45,933 nt of DNA, filler included, from Catajapyx aquilonaris (GCA_000934665.2; 2 parts of 2 records of this genome joined end to end with filler, not necessarily neighbours in it), one strand, 5' to 3'; counted from the first letter of the whole stretch, positions 1 to 13,329 are shown. Numbers and translations: made by a program. The notes: a model not told the origin generated them from the sequence alone.

Positions 1-79
1 TACCACGGTCGGTCACTGGGGGGGAGGGGGGGGGTCAAAAAGTGGCCAAAAATCGGTCACGTGGTATATGGACGGCCCC
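1..79. mobile_element. Right end of a PIF/Harbinger-like non-autonomous element (truncated by window edge)
   Basis: Terminal motif ...cacgtggtatatggacggcccc followed by TAA resembles the common insect GGGGCCGTCCATA..ACGTG MITE end with a 3-bp TAA-type target site. The other end is outside the window. Confidence 0.4.
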
Positions 80-814
80 TAACTGGCCGACAGGGTGTGA
101 GGTTAGGACGGCCCAAAGGCCAACAGCAATCGTCAAAAGAGCATGGCTATGCCACACCGGTCGGGAAACACAAAGTTAGGCCGCATTCCTTATCTACATG
201 CATTGATTCAAATGTTTCGGTGGGGCATTGAGAGTAAGAAAATAAAAATATTATTGGAAAAATGTTGCAAATCATGTGTTAAAGTTCCTCTGCCTTTTGC
301 AGCAATATAAAGTGGGTCTACCTGCGATGGTGCGCTGCAAACACGACCTCGAGGTGTTCTGAAATTTTGGTAAGGGCATGTTTTATTATTTCCACCGGGC
401 GGCATCACCTGGACATCACGTGGGCATGGCATCACCTTGGGTCACCAATGACATGACCGTTTGTCGCACCGGAACCCGCGTTGCAGGAGGAGTAAGAAGG
501 AAATCAGTCTTGGCGCATTCAAATCTGCCGCGCAAAGACATAATAATAATTATGTTTTATGTTATGGTCAATATGCTGCCCATAATAGCGGGCTAAATGG
601 TTGCTGTTAAAATTATAAGTATATGCAACGCGCGCCATCGCAAACCCCGCATTTTGTCCTTTTTTATTTGCAGCCACCTGGCGGCATTTGCCGAAGCTCT
701 TGGATTCGGCATCGGCTCGCCAACCTATGTGGATAAGGAAATTATGCGGCGCGCAGTGGGGCAAATAATTAAATTCACGGCCAAAAATTCAGAAATATTT
801 ATATAAAGGTTTTC

Positions 815-1225
815 AATGGCGCTGATTTCAGATCCGATGTCAAAAATTCAGAATTCAAAATGGCGGATCCTATATGGCGGACATCATATGCAATAAATGG
901 TCATATCAGCGTCAAAATTAGCATAATGGCGTTTCAGAGGGCGCTGATTTCAAATCCGATGTAAAAAAAAAAAAAAAAATCAAAATTCAAAATGGCGGAC
1001 ATCATATGCGAGAAATGGTCAGCGTCAAAATTAGCATCTGGGCGTTTCGGAGGGCGCTGATTTTAGATCCCATGTCAAAAATTCAAAAATCAAAATGGCG
1101 GACATCGTATGCAAGAAATGGTCACATCAGCGTCAAAATTAGCACATGGGCGTTTCAGAGGGCGCTTATTTCAGATCATATCTCAAACAACGAAAATTCA
1201 AAATGGCGAATCCAAAATGACGGAC
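815..1225. repeat. Tandem repeat, ~110-120 bp unit, ~4 copies (probable transposon-internal repeat)
   Basis: Recurrent blocks ggcgctgatttcagatccgatgtcaaaaattca...aaaatggcggacatcatatgc...cagcgtcaaaattagca...ggcgtttcagag. Confidence 0.85.
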
Positions 1226-1714
1226 AGTGCCTTTCTCAAATGTCCCGATTGTAATGAAAATTGTCAAGGGTTTATTCGAACGTTTTCATTTCAAATACAG
1301 TGCTAAAAGGAGAAATTAAAGACGGAATACGGCAGACGATCTCTGAAAAAGTTAATATGACGGAAAATTTTCATAAGGAAGAGATAATAGACATAACATT
1401 TTTGAGTGCCCACCCGTTCAACAATAATGTATTATATGTGGTTTGTAAATTCTACAATTACACTATAAGCAACAAGGTTTTGGGCACATGAACAATTCGG
1501 AGCTGATTGTGAATATGAAGTCAGAATTTTAATATCGGCACCCATTTTCTTGTAACAAGCGTATACCTTGTTTTCTAGAATAAACAATCATGTTAGTTAC
1601 ATTGTGAGAGCCAGATGATTCAGTGGATATGAACTTACAGCACACCCTGTAGATTGATTTCCCCGTCCACAGACCGTCATCATTAGGCCTACATTGCATT
1701 ACCCTCAGGACACG

Positions 1715-2030
1715 CGCAAAATCCGACCTGGCGAAAATAATTTCCAAAGCGGCCCCTGGGCCGCCCCCAAAACACAGTTCGCCCTTGGTCACACTCGACA
1801 CCATTGAAACTCATTGCAGCGAAAAATCCGACCTGGAGCAACACACTTACATAGCGACCCCCGGGCCGCCTGCAAACCACAGTTCGCCCTTGGTCACAGT
1901 CGACACCATTGAAACGCATTGCAGCGAAAAATCCGACCTGGAGAAATACACTTACATAGCGGCCCCGGGGCCGCCCCCGGGCCGCCCGCAAACCACAGTT
2001 CACCCCTGGTCACACTCGACACCATTGCAA
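1715..2030. repeat. Tandem repeat, ~106-bp unit, ~3 copies
   Basis: Repeated aaaatccgacctgg...ccccgggccgcc...acagttcgcccttggtcacactcgacaccattg. The overlapping ORFs only mirror the repeat. Confidence 0.85.
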
Positions 2031-2514
2031 TTCATTGCATTTGTGTGAGGACACGGCGGAAAATCCTACCTGGGGCTGGGGCAACGCACTTACAAAGCTG
2101 CCTAAGAATACTAACAAGTAAAGGTCAGGTCACTCATTTTTATCGCCTGAATTTGGGAAAAAAAAAACTCGGGCTGTGGGGGCTTGCAATTGAAAAGAAA
2201 ACCTGGCCCTCAACAGGTTAAAAAAAGAGGGATTAAAATATTCACAAAGGCCTCAGCGTAGAACATAGGTATCATTACAACTTAAATGAAGGTGTTTGAG
2301 AAATTATACAAGACCATTCTAGTAGGTAACGGTAAACCCCCGAAATGAGGATTGGTTCTCTTTTGCTTAATGCGTAAACCCCTACATGAGGGCTGGTTCT
2401 CATTTGTTTAATGTAACATGTCTGAAAGTCATATTACTAACCATGTCAATAGACAAAAGTCTATTGTCTATTGTAAACACCATACAGTATTCCATAATAT
2501 CCTGCATTGCTGTA

Positions 2515-3121
2515 CAGTAAAACTTCTATAAGTCGAACTTTGCTAAGTTGAAGTTCTCTGTAAGTCGAAGAAAATTATGACCTTGGTTGGTCGCAATGAA
2601 AAATAATGGGAAATAAACTTCCCTAACTTGAATGTCTATTACTCAAAGTTCTCCATAACTCGAAGTCCAGGCAGGGCCTTACGATGGGATATCAATGCAT
2701 TTTCAGTCTCTCTGTCGAAGTTCATGTTGGGGAGTATGGAAAATTTTCTCATTTCCCAGCCGAAGGGTCGAGAGTAGGCCACATGTACAGAAAGGCTCAA
2801 TTTCCTGATCTCTGTCTACCAGACATACCGAAAGAAGTGTTTGACTTGATTGTGACAACTGAATCCTTGAATCTAAGAGTAGGCAAATGTCCATAACAGT
2901 TTTTTTGTTTTTTTTTACAACAAAACAACGAGGAACATAAGTGTGATAGTGACAGTAATTGTTATTTTTAAGTTTTGAACACCTTTTCTCACTGGATATA
3001 AAGGTAGGCTTCCTTATAGAGTTATGTGCTCAAAAAAAAGCCAAACTTCTCTAACTCGAATCTTCTATAACTGGAAGTTTTTCCCGGTCCCATGGAGATT
3101 TGACTTATAAAAGTTTTACTA
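2515..3121. mobile_element. pogo/Tigger-like MITE
   Basis: TA|cagtaaaacttctataagtcgaa at 2515 pairs with ttgacttataaaagttttacta ending at 3121. Subterminal taagtcgaa/taactcgaa repeats are present. Confidence 0.75.
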
Positions 3122-3917
3122 TGTTTCTACGATTATGTTCATATAGGTCAAACGGTCTACGATCTGCAAAAAGGAACCAAGCCCGTACTACCGGTATGTT
3201 GAATGTGTGTTGGTTCCTTGTTGCAGTACGCGTTATAGTCAACCACAGCGCACAGTGCGGCAGAATCTGAAAAAGCTGGCCAAGAACGAAAAATGTGAAC
3301 TTTCTTTGCGATAATAAAGGAGGATCTTATCACAATCGAAAATGTCCAACCTATCAGACTGCCTAATATTTTCCACGTGGGTTCCTTTGTTATGCCACAA
3401 TAACATGTCAAACATGGCAGATTTTACGCTTCCTGTATCACAGGCAAAAGTAGTACCAAATAATATTTCATTGATACCGAAATGTGCGATAGGGAATGTA
3501 AAGAAACATATGTGACAACATTATGTATTGTGTGCTCTTTCTGTCCAATATTATGACATTTTTAAATCTTCCATTATAAAGGCATAAAAAATTCAGAAGA
3601 TAGCAATAATTTAAAATTGACATTTTCCCACCAAGTTAGGCCTGCAGTCCTTTCACCGCCTCTCTCCGCGACTTTTTGGTCAGTGGGTGATAGCCAATGT
3701 TACGATTGAGCTTGCTCAGGCAAAAAGTATTGCACATATTTGCACATAAGGAAAAACGACGTATCTTGGCTCTTGGCTACGATTACAGATCTGCCTCCAA
3801 AAAAGATGACAAAAGATCTGCGGATCAATTGTGACCTGGGAAGTGCATGAATTCTCGAAATTGCCATTCAAGGAGCACATTTTGATAGAATGTGCATGTG
3901 AATGAGTCATTGGAAGA

Positions 3918-4371
3918 CAGTTGCGTAACAACTAGGGGGGGGCAGGGTGTACATTGCCCCCTCCTAAAATTACGAAAGGGGCGCCGAAGGCGCCTGTCGA
4001 GGGCGCCTGATCAGGGCCGGCGCGACACGCACGGGGCGCTAAAAGCGGGAAAATACCACTGGGCTTCATGGGGATGATGAAGGGCCCGGAAAAAGGAGCG
4101 TTAAAAGCGGGAATTAAGCGTTATATCGAGGTTTTACTGTAAAAGGATTCCACTGTACTTTGTCAGTTACATTCAGTCATTCACCTATAAGCTTGTGTGT
4201 TGTGTAACCTTGAACAACCAAATTTTCGCCTGCGGCGTATTGGCACTCTTTTCTCATTCCGCCTGTTACAAGTTGGACATATTGCCTTTTGTGAAGTTCT
4301 AAAAATTCATTAGAGTATAAGCTCGGGGGGGGGGGGGGGGGGGGNAACTGAAATACATTGTTACGCCCCTG
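3918..4371. mobile_element. hAT-like MITE with perfect 8-bp TSD
   Basis: TIRs cagttgcgtaac / gttacgcccctg. Flanking direct repeat TTGGAAGA at 3910-3917 and 4372-4379. Confidence 0.85.
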
Positions 4372-4408
4372 TTGGAAGAACATGACGGCAGTGAATCCAA
4401 TACAAAAT

Positions 4409-4545
4409 AAATGTGTCCTCTACATAAAATGACCGAAAATTGTTATTTTAAAAATGGTGGTTTGCTCCACGCTATATATCTTACAGTGAACGGTCACCAT
4501 TTCAAAAATAACATTTTTCCGTCGTTTCATGTAGAGGACACATTC
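4409..4545. repeat. Inverted repeat (~50-bp arms), probably a MITE remnant
   Basis: aatgtgtcctctacataaaatgaccgaaaattgttattttaaaaatggtg pairs with caccatttcaaaaataacatttttccgtcgtttcatgtagaggacacatt. Confidence 0.75.
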
Positions 4546-5039
4546 GTTTTGAATAACTTCCTAGACCAAATAAAATTGACTTGGAATGATTTGGGTTGTA
4601 TGTTTTATTAAGGCTCTCTCTATATACAGGGTGGACGGAAAGTTTCGGACCCCCCCCCAGGTTTTTTAACCCTACTTTTCACAGTGTCTTTTAACATCTT
4701 TTAAAAGTCCACAAGCAGTTCTAATGTACACTATCTTTTGAAGCATAATCTCGAGAACATCTGAGCACCTTCGCTCTCGCAATTCCATTAATAACTTCGC
4801 CTCTGTGACTCATCTAAACATCCTATCTGTTTTGCGTTTATTTTGCTTGTTGCCTTGGAGGACCCCTGGTCATATTCTGCGTCAGATAAGGTTTTTATGA
4901 CCCTTTTCCATGAGTTCCCCTTCATGCAAATGTTGTGAACTCACTCCTGACCTTATTTTTCGCATTGGTCCATAACCTGGTCCAATAAAAATTTGAAAAG
5001 AAATGCATGAAATGGCGGACCCGGATGCATTACTTTCGA

Positions 5040-5187
5040 ATTGGTACCATGACATTTGTCTCCATTTTTACTTTCAAATAATTTTTTGGTGGGAAAGGAC
5101 AGTAAACAGTCCTACCTTTCGTTCACGTCCTTTCGCACCAAAAAATTATTTCAAAGTAAAAATGGAGACAAATGTGATGGTACCAAT
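5040..5187. repeat. Inverted repeat (~60-bp arms)
   Basis: ttggtaccatgacatttgtctccatttttactttcaaataattttttggtgggaaaggac pairs with gtcctttcgcaccaaaaaattatttcaaagtaaaaatggagacaaatgtgatggtaccaa. Confidence 0.85.
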
Positions 5188-5640
5188 GTGAGAAAGCATG
5201 AAATTTGGGATGAATGTCCTTGAGACCATACTCTTCAAATCCAGATATGGTGTCATGCTCGTTTTTGCCCTGGAGGCCCGTAATTGTGGGTTGGCTACCC
5301 TTCACCTGGTGAAAAGTCTTTTTCTGAGTGAACTATGCTTCTCAGGCGGATATATGCCTAACAAAGGTTGCAGGAGCATGTATGCTACAGAAAGTATAGG
5401 GTACCTTTTCCGTGTACATTCTGTATTTTCAGAGCTACAGCGACTTGAACCGAGACCTGCACGCTGGCGACAGGGTCCCCGGCATGGTTTCTTTACGAAC
5501 ATTGTATTTTGCGATAAAAGTATGAAACTTGGTACACTTGTTCTTTGGACACTTCTGAGCCTATCTGACATGGGGCCATGATGGGTGACCCCGCCGGGGT
5601 TTTCCTTCACCTGGTTGCCAGATCTAACAGGCGCAACATA

Positions 5641-5812
5641 CCTCTCTACATAGTCTATATTAATAGGGAGCTTCCATTCAGTGATCAAGATGTGGACCAG
5701 TGGATGTGGAGCAGTGGACCCACTTCCAAACATGTTCACGAGTGTCCAAAGACAAATTGTGGCAAGTTTAATGACTTTATGACTGAATACAAGCTCCTTA
5801 TTCATATAGAGG
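5641..5812. mobile_element. Small MITE inserted in the left foldback arm, TA TSD
   Basis: The opposite arm gives the empty site ggcgcaacaTAcagttc. Here TA is duplicated around cctctctac...atatagagg, with subterminal inverted aatagggagctt/aagctccttatt. Confidence 0.75.
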
Positions 5813-6377
5813 TACAGTTCACTCAAGAAGTCCGGCGACAAAAGGCGTGGCCAAGTTCCCCCCACCCCGTCTCCCCCTTCTCGTTTCTCTTTGTGGTCAT
5901 CACCTTTCACTTTTCTCTCCACCAATGGGCAAGAACTAGCCTGTCCTGGCACATTGCTTCCCCCACCACACGCCCAAAATCATATGTATAAAAAATGTGG
6001 GCACTCTCTTCTGTCCAGGCCTTCTTTTGTCGCCGGACTTCTTGAGTGAACTGTATGTTGCGCCTGTTAGATCTGGCAACCACATGAAAGAAAACCCTGG
6101 CGGGGTCACCCATCATGGCCCCACGTCCAGATATGCTCAGAAGTGTCCAAAGAACAAGTGTACCGAGTTTCATACTTTTATCACAAAATGCAAAGTTCAA
6201 ACCCTTAGCACTTGGACTAATAGCAATGTTCGTAAAGAAACCATGCCGGGGGCCCCGTTGCCAGCGTGCAGGCCTCGGTTCAAGTTGCTGTAGATCCGAA
6301 AATGCAGAATGTATGTGGAAAAGGTACCCTACACTTTCTGTAGCATACATGCTCCTCTACAGCCTTTGTTAGGCATT

Positions 6378-6810
6378 CAGGGTTTGGAAATTTAACCTAC
6401 AGTCGCTTTGGGAAATGATAGATGGTTCTAGGCGATCACTTGGGAGTATATGCAACATGGGTCTCCGACACATAGTTACTGAGATAATGTGATAATGTGT
6501 GTGAGGACGAATATCCTGGCACGTATGTGTCCCGCCACGGGCCCTTACCCTTTTCATTTAAATTTAAGGTGTTACCATGCAATTTAATTTTAATTTACTA
6601 TCCTGTTAGGTGTAGCAGGGAATGTCCTAGGCGATGTAAGTGTCGTAAGCAGTATCCGAAACCTATAAGCTGGGATAACAAACTTTTTATTTAATGCTAA
6701 TTATCTCGGTAACTGTGCGTTAGAGACCCATGTTGCATCTACTCAAAGTGATCACTTAGAACCCCTCTATAATTTCCCAAAGCGACGGTAGATTATATTT
6801 CCAAACCCTG
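6378..6810. mobile_element. Tc1/mariner-type MITE inserted in the right foldback arm
   Basis: TIRs cagggtttggaaat / atttccaaaccctg. The opposite arm gives the empty site gttaggcatatatccgcctg. Confidence 0.8.
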
Positions 6811-7364
6811 TATATCCGCCTGAGAAGCATAGTTCACTCAGAAAAATACTTTCCACTCCCTGAAGGGTAGCCCACCCACAAATACGGGCCTCCAGGCCAA
6901 ATAAACGAGCGTGGTGCTTGAAGAGTATGGCCTCAGGGACATTTGCACCAAATTTCATGATTTTATCACAAGTGCACGGTTGAGTCTCTTTTTTCGTCCC
7001 TTAAGGTCCTGACTAACGGTTTTGAATGTTGATCAAAAGTAATTATTTACTCAGTAACTTTTGAACAAAAATATCTCCACTCATGTAGGACCACATGACA
7101 ATGCCTATTTTGGAATACATCATAATTGAGCAGTCAACAATAACAAAAAATCCTGCAATCATGTGGCCTTCATTTCACATTAAAATTAGGCTCACTACAC
7201 TAGTTGTCTTCCATAGCCAAGTTGTAGGCCTACTACTTTTACACAGAATGCAGTTGGTTATGCAATGGCCTCTAAGAGGAGTTTTTTTTTTTGGAAAGCA
7301 ATATAAAATGCTACTGCAAAATAATATGTTGAACACTACTACATAGATGAAAAACATCACTTAC

Positions 7365-10300
7365 CATTGCTGACGCTAGTGTACACAAAGTCAGGAGCAT
7401 GAGCCAAAGGGTCCTCATTCCTCTCCTTTCGCAGTCGGGCAATCTCCTGGCAGGCTTTCTCAAACTCATCATTTAGTCCCTCCTGCAACATTGCCAGTTA
7501 CATGAACATCTCTTCAGTGTATTACTTTTTTCATCAACTTGACATATCTTACCTGCACCATGATGTGTGCCAGGTCCTTCATTGTGCAGGCCAGATGGCG
7601 AATGATCCTGTCCTCAGGATCTTTTGATGGATTATATTCCAGGGCATTGCTGCATATTAGATCAATGTCCTTCAGAAAATCACGTGGACACAGATATTGG
7701 TGTTGGTCCACCTTGCTCATCATTGTCTCTAAATCCATTGGCTGGCTGATTATATCCAAGTAATCAGGAACATCCTCCACATTGACTGGTCTCGTAAAGC
7801 AATAGAATCTAGGAGGAAAGTAAGTTTTAAATTGTGCTTCAATCTGGCTATAACACTGAACTCACTTGCGATTGCATGACAGCTTGTTAAGGGTGTCACG
7901 GAGAAACATCCTCAGCTGCCTTAATGTCACCTCTTCAATTTGATGCAATGCTTCTAGATCATCTTGGCTCAGTGGTTGGGATAGCTCAGCTGGTGCAAGT
8001 GGAAGTTTTTCTAGAACTACCCTACCTGTGGAACAAGCACTGAATTACATCGGTATGTAAAATCATGGGAGCCAAAATGTACCTGACGATTTGGATGAAG
8101 GTGGAAGAACAGACTTGCGCAAAAATAATGGTTCAAAATACTCATGGCGGTCAAGCTCTGATGGGTCTTGCATTGTGAACACCTCTTCTCGAAACAGTGA
8201 GAACTCATTACGGATCTACAAGAAAATGTGTGAAGTAGCAGAAATGCAAGAACTGATATACAACTTCATCTTACCTCCTCAGGAAGGCTTTTATACGGGA
8301 CATTTGCAGTGGCAAGAAACAATATTGGAGCTGATGGGTCCTGCTCATTCATGAGTGACAAAAATGTTGCCCGTATTACGTCTGATGTCACTTTCCACCA
8401 CTGATCCAAGTGGGAGAGGTAGAGGACACATGGAGCAGAATGAAGAGATTCCTTCAGCACCTATATGAGTTACACATAAATATAAATAAATTAAAACATG
8501 TATATAAATATAACATTTTTTTAAAATGCTTAGAACTCATAAAATTTCACACTGCAGAGCTCTGAAATTGGAACAGTACCTGAGCACAGGCTTCTTCGGG
8601 CGATCTGGATGGATTTGAGAAGAGTGCGGGAAGATCAAGGCGATGGATTGGAAGGTGGTCAAGCTGATGCAATAGAGCAGGGGCAAGATGAGTACTGTGT
8701 CCCTGCATTCGGTTCCCAGTCAGAAGAAGTCGTGGACGATGTACTGTATTGCATGATAACCTGAAGACAGATGCAGTGGTGACAAAAGAAACTGGCTTGA
8801 CTATCATAACTCTTACCTTTGTCCAGGCTTGCAAAAGCCATGTGGAAACACCTCCTTCAAATGTGCCAACAGCGTGTCAAAAAAACTGTGCAGAAGGTGG
8901 TGCATATCATCTGATAATTTTCTGCCTGGGCTGGGGGATGCCCGATGACCTGATGGAACAATGTTTGCCATTGCCCGAAGAAAGTCGCCTCGAGTGACCT
9001 GTCAAGCCCGTAAATGGTCACTCTCATCCAAGAAAATAATCTTAATGACTTACTGTCATGGAAGATAGGTCCAAAAGCAACTTTTCTTTGGACTTGTAGA
9101 TCTGTGGAAAGCGGCGGCGTAATGCACTCAGACCAGCTTCAGTACAGAGAGACTTAAGGTCTGCCCCACAGTATCCTGCTGTCTTCTCAGAAAGTTCCTT
9201 AATAAGGTCCGGAGAAACCTTGGGTTCCCATGTATTGGTGTTTATTTGCAGGATCTCTTGACGTGCCTGCAACAATAATTAAATTTTAGTATTTTACTAT
9301 ATACTTAATTATAATTAATTTAATTGGGTGATAGGTGTACCCCTAGGGGTTTTCAGCCAGACCTTTATTTTAACGTTGGTACAACTTTGGGAATCCTATT
9401 ATTGAAGCGCCCGGGCCCACGGGCAGGATGACAGGAGGGGATGTGCAAGTGCAGTGCTTTGTCTGAAATGTGGTCGTTTTGTGAGCTCCCCCGGGTGGAT
9501 TAGTCTAAGGAAATTCCACCCGACACGAAGTCAGAGACGACTCATGAACTCTGCATGAGATGAAGGGGGTGTCCCCAGGTTGGGATCGAACCCGGGATCT
9601 TAACATCCGTGGGTGCATACGTTACCGCAGCACCACTCAGCCTCCCCAATTTTACTAAACTTAGTTGCATATGCGCAACAATTGGGCATCAACACTGCTT
9701 CAGACCAGATATTACCAGATGGGAGGTAAGGACTGGCTTCAGGATTCAAAAGGACTGACACACATGCAGCAGTGACTTCCACAAAAAATATCACAGGTGT
9801 AGGATGTAGGCACAGCTTCATGCAACATATTATGGCAGCCACCTATTTCTGGCAGAGCTGGAATACTTTCCCACCCCCTGGCACACACAACATATAGCCT
9901 GGAAAAGTTGCCTAGTTTTTGCACATAGCTAACGTATCCCATCAAAAAAAAATTAATGTTAAAAACCTCAGCAGTGGTCACATTAGACGGCCAAAGGATG
10001 GCCCTGTGGCCTAGTGGTTATGCCACTGGCCAGCCAACAGGGATGCCTGCAGTGCAAATGATGTCCCCAATACAAGCTTAAAATATAGGGAAAAGAAATA
10101 TCAAGATACCAAATTGTAACAATCCATAAGATAACAAATGTCTGGTTGCACTCCAGTAACATGCAGCAACACAGTGCAAAATCTTGGAATGCATGCCCAG
10201 GTCTGGTACATTTATTGCCCAAGTTGTGACTTCTGTTAGTCCTCATTATATACTTGTTACTGGTTGAAATCCTAATGTTTGTCCTTGCTACATTTAGACA

Positions 10301-13300
10301 TGTACTGGGGAAAGGTAGGTAATGGCTGCTAGATGATCTCAAGTTCCAACTCAGATTGCATACAGAGAGTTTCTGAATTCAGCCGACAAACTTCTAGGGG
10401 TAATAGAGGGGATCAAGACAAACATTTCATATAGGAACCCCGTGTCCAGAAACAAGTCTGAGTTCCTTGTCTATTGACCCCCTCTAGATGGCGTTTCCGG
10501 ACACGGGTTCCTATATGAAATGTGTTTGTCTTGGTCCCCTCTATTACCCCTTGAAGTTTGTCGGCTGAATTCAGAAACTCCCTGTATATAATTTAATAAC
10601 AATTATGATCCAAGCCTCCATTGTCACCTACACATTATACATCGCTCTATGTTTACACATCCCTCACATGAAAGTGACTCACATGGATTATGGTGCTTAA
10701 AAATCTATGTCAAAAGCTACTAACTTACCTCCACTGTTGGTAGAGAAAAGTACAACTCTCTATCAAATCGACCTGGTCTTCGAAGTGCTGGATCAATTGC
10801 ATCAAGTCTGTTGGTTGCAGCAATTACAATCACTTCTCCTCTTGAATTCAAGCCATCCATTAATGCCAATAGGGTTGTCACAATGCTTGCATGGATCTGA
10901 TCTTGTCTGGATGAACGCACTGGTGCAAGGCCATCAATCTCATCAAAAAAAATGATGGATGGTCTCAGAGCATATGCCTATAGCAGAGAAAAAGTTCAGC
11001 ACATTGGTTGGAATTCCATTACAATTCTTTACAAACCTGATCAAATAGGTGCTTAAGTTGACGTTCTGACTCCCCAACCCACTTGCTCAGAACATCAGCA
11101 CCTTTCTGCATGAAAAAAGCTACTTTGCGCTCCTTGTTGCTGCATTCATTAGCCAATGCTCTGGCTACTAGGGTCTTTCCTGTACCTATTTCACAATTTA
11201 CAAGATTTTTAAAATGTTTGCAGCACCCAAAACTACATGGCAAAACTTGTAGCAATTTTACCTGGTGGTCCATACATAATGACTCCCTTTGGCGGTTCAC
11301 AATTCAGCTTCTGAAAAACTTCAGGGTACACCAGAGGGAATATTATCATCTCCTTCAGCTTCTGAATGTGATGCTTAAGACCTCCTATTTTTTCAAAGTT
11401 GACTTCTCGATCAATGGACACTGGCTCCACATCTGTCAATCGTAACCCAACTTTGGTGATCCGTTGGATTTCATCATGACTCATATTCATCGGAAGGCAC
11501 CTTTTAAAAAAAAAATGCGAATATATTATGTTTAGAATGAGAACATTATCTGAAACAAAGAATTTCACTAACTGATTCAAGGCCTTGGTGGCACTCTTGT
11601 TCGGCACATCATCATCTGAGGAATTGTCAAAGCCACCTGAGTTCCGGTTGTGACGTCGGCATTTCCCTCGAAGAGTGTTCCTCTTCGTTAAGGGGAGTTG
11701 GCATCCATCTTGATACAATGACCGAGTGCGTACACGTGTCTTTGCTGCAGCTGAGCATCAGGATAAAAACAATATAAGGATTATGAAGACATGATGTGCA
11801 TAGATAAAGATGCTTACCAATGGGGACCTGATATCTCTCAACAACTGGCTTCACTTTGCGAAGGCTGTACTTGCGCTCACATGACCGTGAACTCTCACTG
11901 GAGTCATCCATGTCCATTACTTCCTCGTGCTCTACATCCTCACTTCCAATACTGCTAGCAGCATCTATTAATATACCATTTTCATCAGTTATACTGGCGA
12001 AAGAATGTTACCATTCTGCATATTAACCTCACCTCACCTACACACAGATGTCCCCACCCAAAAAGAGACATGTTCTCCACCAAACACCTTTGCCTCTCAA
12101 TTTAACACATCTTTCACAAGCTGCATTTGCGCATGGATTTACCACATCTTCCCCCCTAAAACACAGCCAGGGCTGGTCCAATAAGTACTGACACCTGTGG
12201 AACAATCCCAGGGCAAAACCACCAAAGAAAAAAAATTGACCAAAGATTGGTGGCTTGGCTCTCAATTTTGCAGGGAAGGAAATGCACATAGGGTGGGTTG
12301 GCTTTCCCACAGATGTGAACGGCCTGATCAAAGATAGTAACCACTGTTGTGGAGAGGGACACAATGTCATAGGTAACCATGTTGGGCCATGGTCATCAAG
12401 CTCAATGATCAAGTCAATGGGGTGAGAGAAAAGGCATCAGAAGGTGTTGGGAAAGGACCCAAGATGAAACTGGACATTTGGGTGCATGAAAGATGTGCTC
12501 CTATTGTTGGTGAAATCCACTAAGCCCAAAAATCCAGTTTCAAGACTATTGAAGGCAAAGATTTGACTGTGCTCTTGTTTACATGCTAGTGAAGGCAGAA
12601 ACCTATCTTTCTGTCTCAATATGAATCTTTAATACTAAATGGACTTCACCAGGATACACAGCAGAAAAAAATGCCACTCAGTGGTGGAAATAACTCAAAA
12701 CTGCCAAAATTGGACTTGGTGGATTTTCACTTGTATGCAGATGATGTAATGTGACTCCCAAAAATGCCAGCATTTTCAAAACTCTCATATTCTGATATCT
12801 CCCGCTTTCCCTGTGTTTAATTTGCATTCATGCAACAGGCCCTCAAACAAATCCTTGGCATTCTCTCCAAAATATTAATTACAATTACAGGCTACCTAAA
12901 ACAAACTGACCACTACCATTTTTCTGAAGACTCGCACCACTGGCACTCCTTGTCCTCACTCCAAACTCCTCTTCCATGAGTGACTGCCGTGGACTCTTCA
13001 CTCGGTTATACAGTTCAACATAGCTTTCCTGTAAATTTCAAATATAATTATAACAGTGTAAGCCAAGTCTGCTTCAACCAAGAAACCATAACAATGTACA
13101 TTTTCTCCTCCGTTCATTCTTGTCCTCAAATAATAGGTGGGCTCATTCTGATCTTGAGACCTTGGACCATCATTTTCCTTTCGGTATCTTCCCATTTGTT
13201 CTTTTACCCTGTGTGTGGGATATTCTTCACCTAGTGTTGGATAGCCTTTTAGGTGTTGAGAATCTAGTATCCAGGAGGTGTTGAAGTTGTCATATATGAG

Positions 13301-13329
13301 TTTCCTCTGCCGGGTGCTTCGTCGTACCC
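7365..13329 (-). CDS. ATAD2: ATAD2-like AAA+ ATPase/bromodomain protein; multi-exon, start and C-terminal exons not identified
   Basis: Spliced exons give: N-terminal RRSTRQRKLIY; Walker A GPPG|TGKT split by an intron; LSKWVGESERQL; Walker B IIFFDEID; ATNRLDAIDPALRRPGRFDRE; GYCGADLKSLCTEA; degenerate second AAA RPRLLLTG..GHSTHLAPALLH; TLRQLRMFLRD; bromodomain EDVPDYLDIISQPMDL..CSNALEYNP; post-bromodomain EFEKACQEI. GT-AG boundaries were in phase in the exons I checked. Confidence 0.93.
9306..9647 (-). mobile_element. tRNA-derived SINE in an ATAD2 intron
   Basis: Minus-strand head ggggaggctgagTGGTGCTGCGG (A box-like)...GGTTCGATCCC (B box, 9582-9592). A non-tRNA body and an AT-rich simple-repeat tail follow. 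Confidence 0.7.
10363..10584. mobile_element. Tc1/mariner-type MITE, ~90-bp TIRs, TA TSD
   Basis: TA|cagagagtttctgaattcagccgacaaactt... pairs with ...aagtttgtcggctgaattcagaaactccctg|TA. Confidence 0.85.

Larger units (their letters stand above)
5187..6970. mobile_element. Foldback-type element with long inverted arms (~5187-5850 and ~6015-6970), each arm interrupted by a different MITE
   Basis: The left arm aligns as the reverse complement of the right arm along its whole length. This is why ORFs 5198-5581(+), 5907-6350(-) and 6767-6958(-) share peptides. Confidence 0.8.

Noticed and set aside
4680..4960. Possible ATAD2 C-terminal exon
   Set aside because: Minus-strand translations contain stops and bear no resemblance to the ATAD2 C-terminal domain. 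It is adjacent to a tacagggtg transposon end.
5198..6958. Several 100-216-aa ORFs sharing peptides on both strands
   Set aside because: They arise from the inverted arms of a non-coding foldback element and show no protein family motifs.
9560..9647. tRNA gene
   Set aside because: A/B boxes are present but there is no convincing cloverleaf, and it continues into a SINE-like body and tail. The A-box-like TGGCCTAGTGGTT at ~10006 has no B box.
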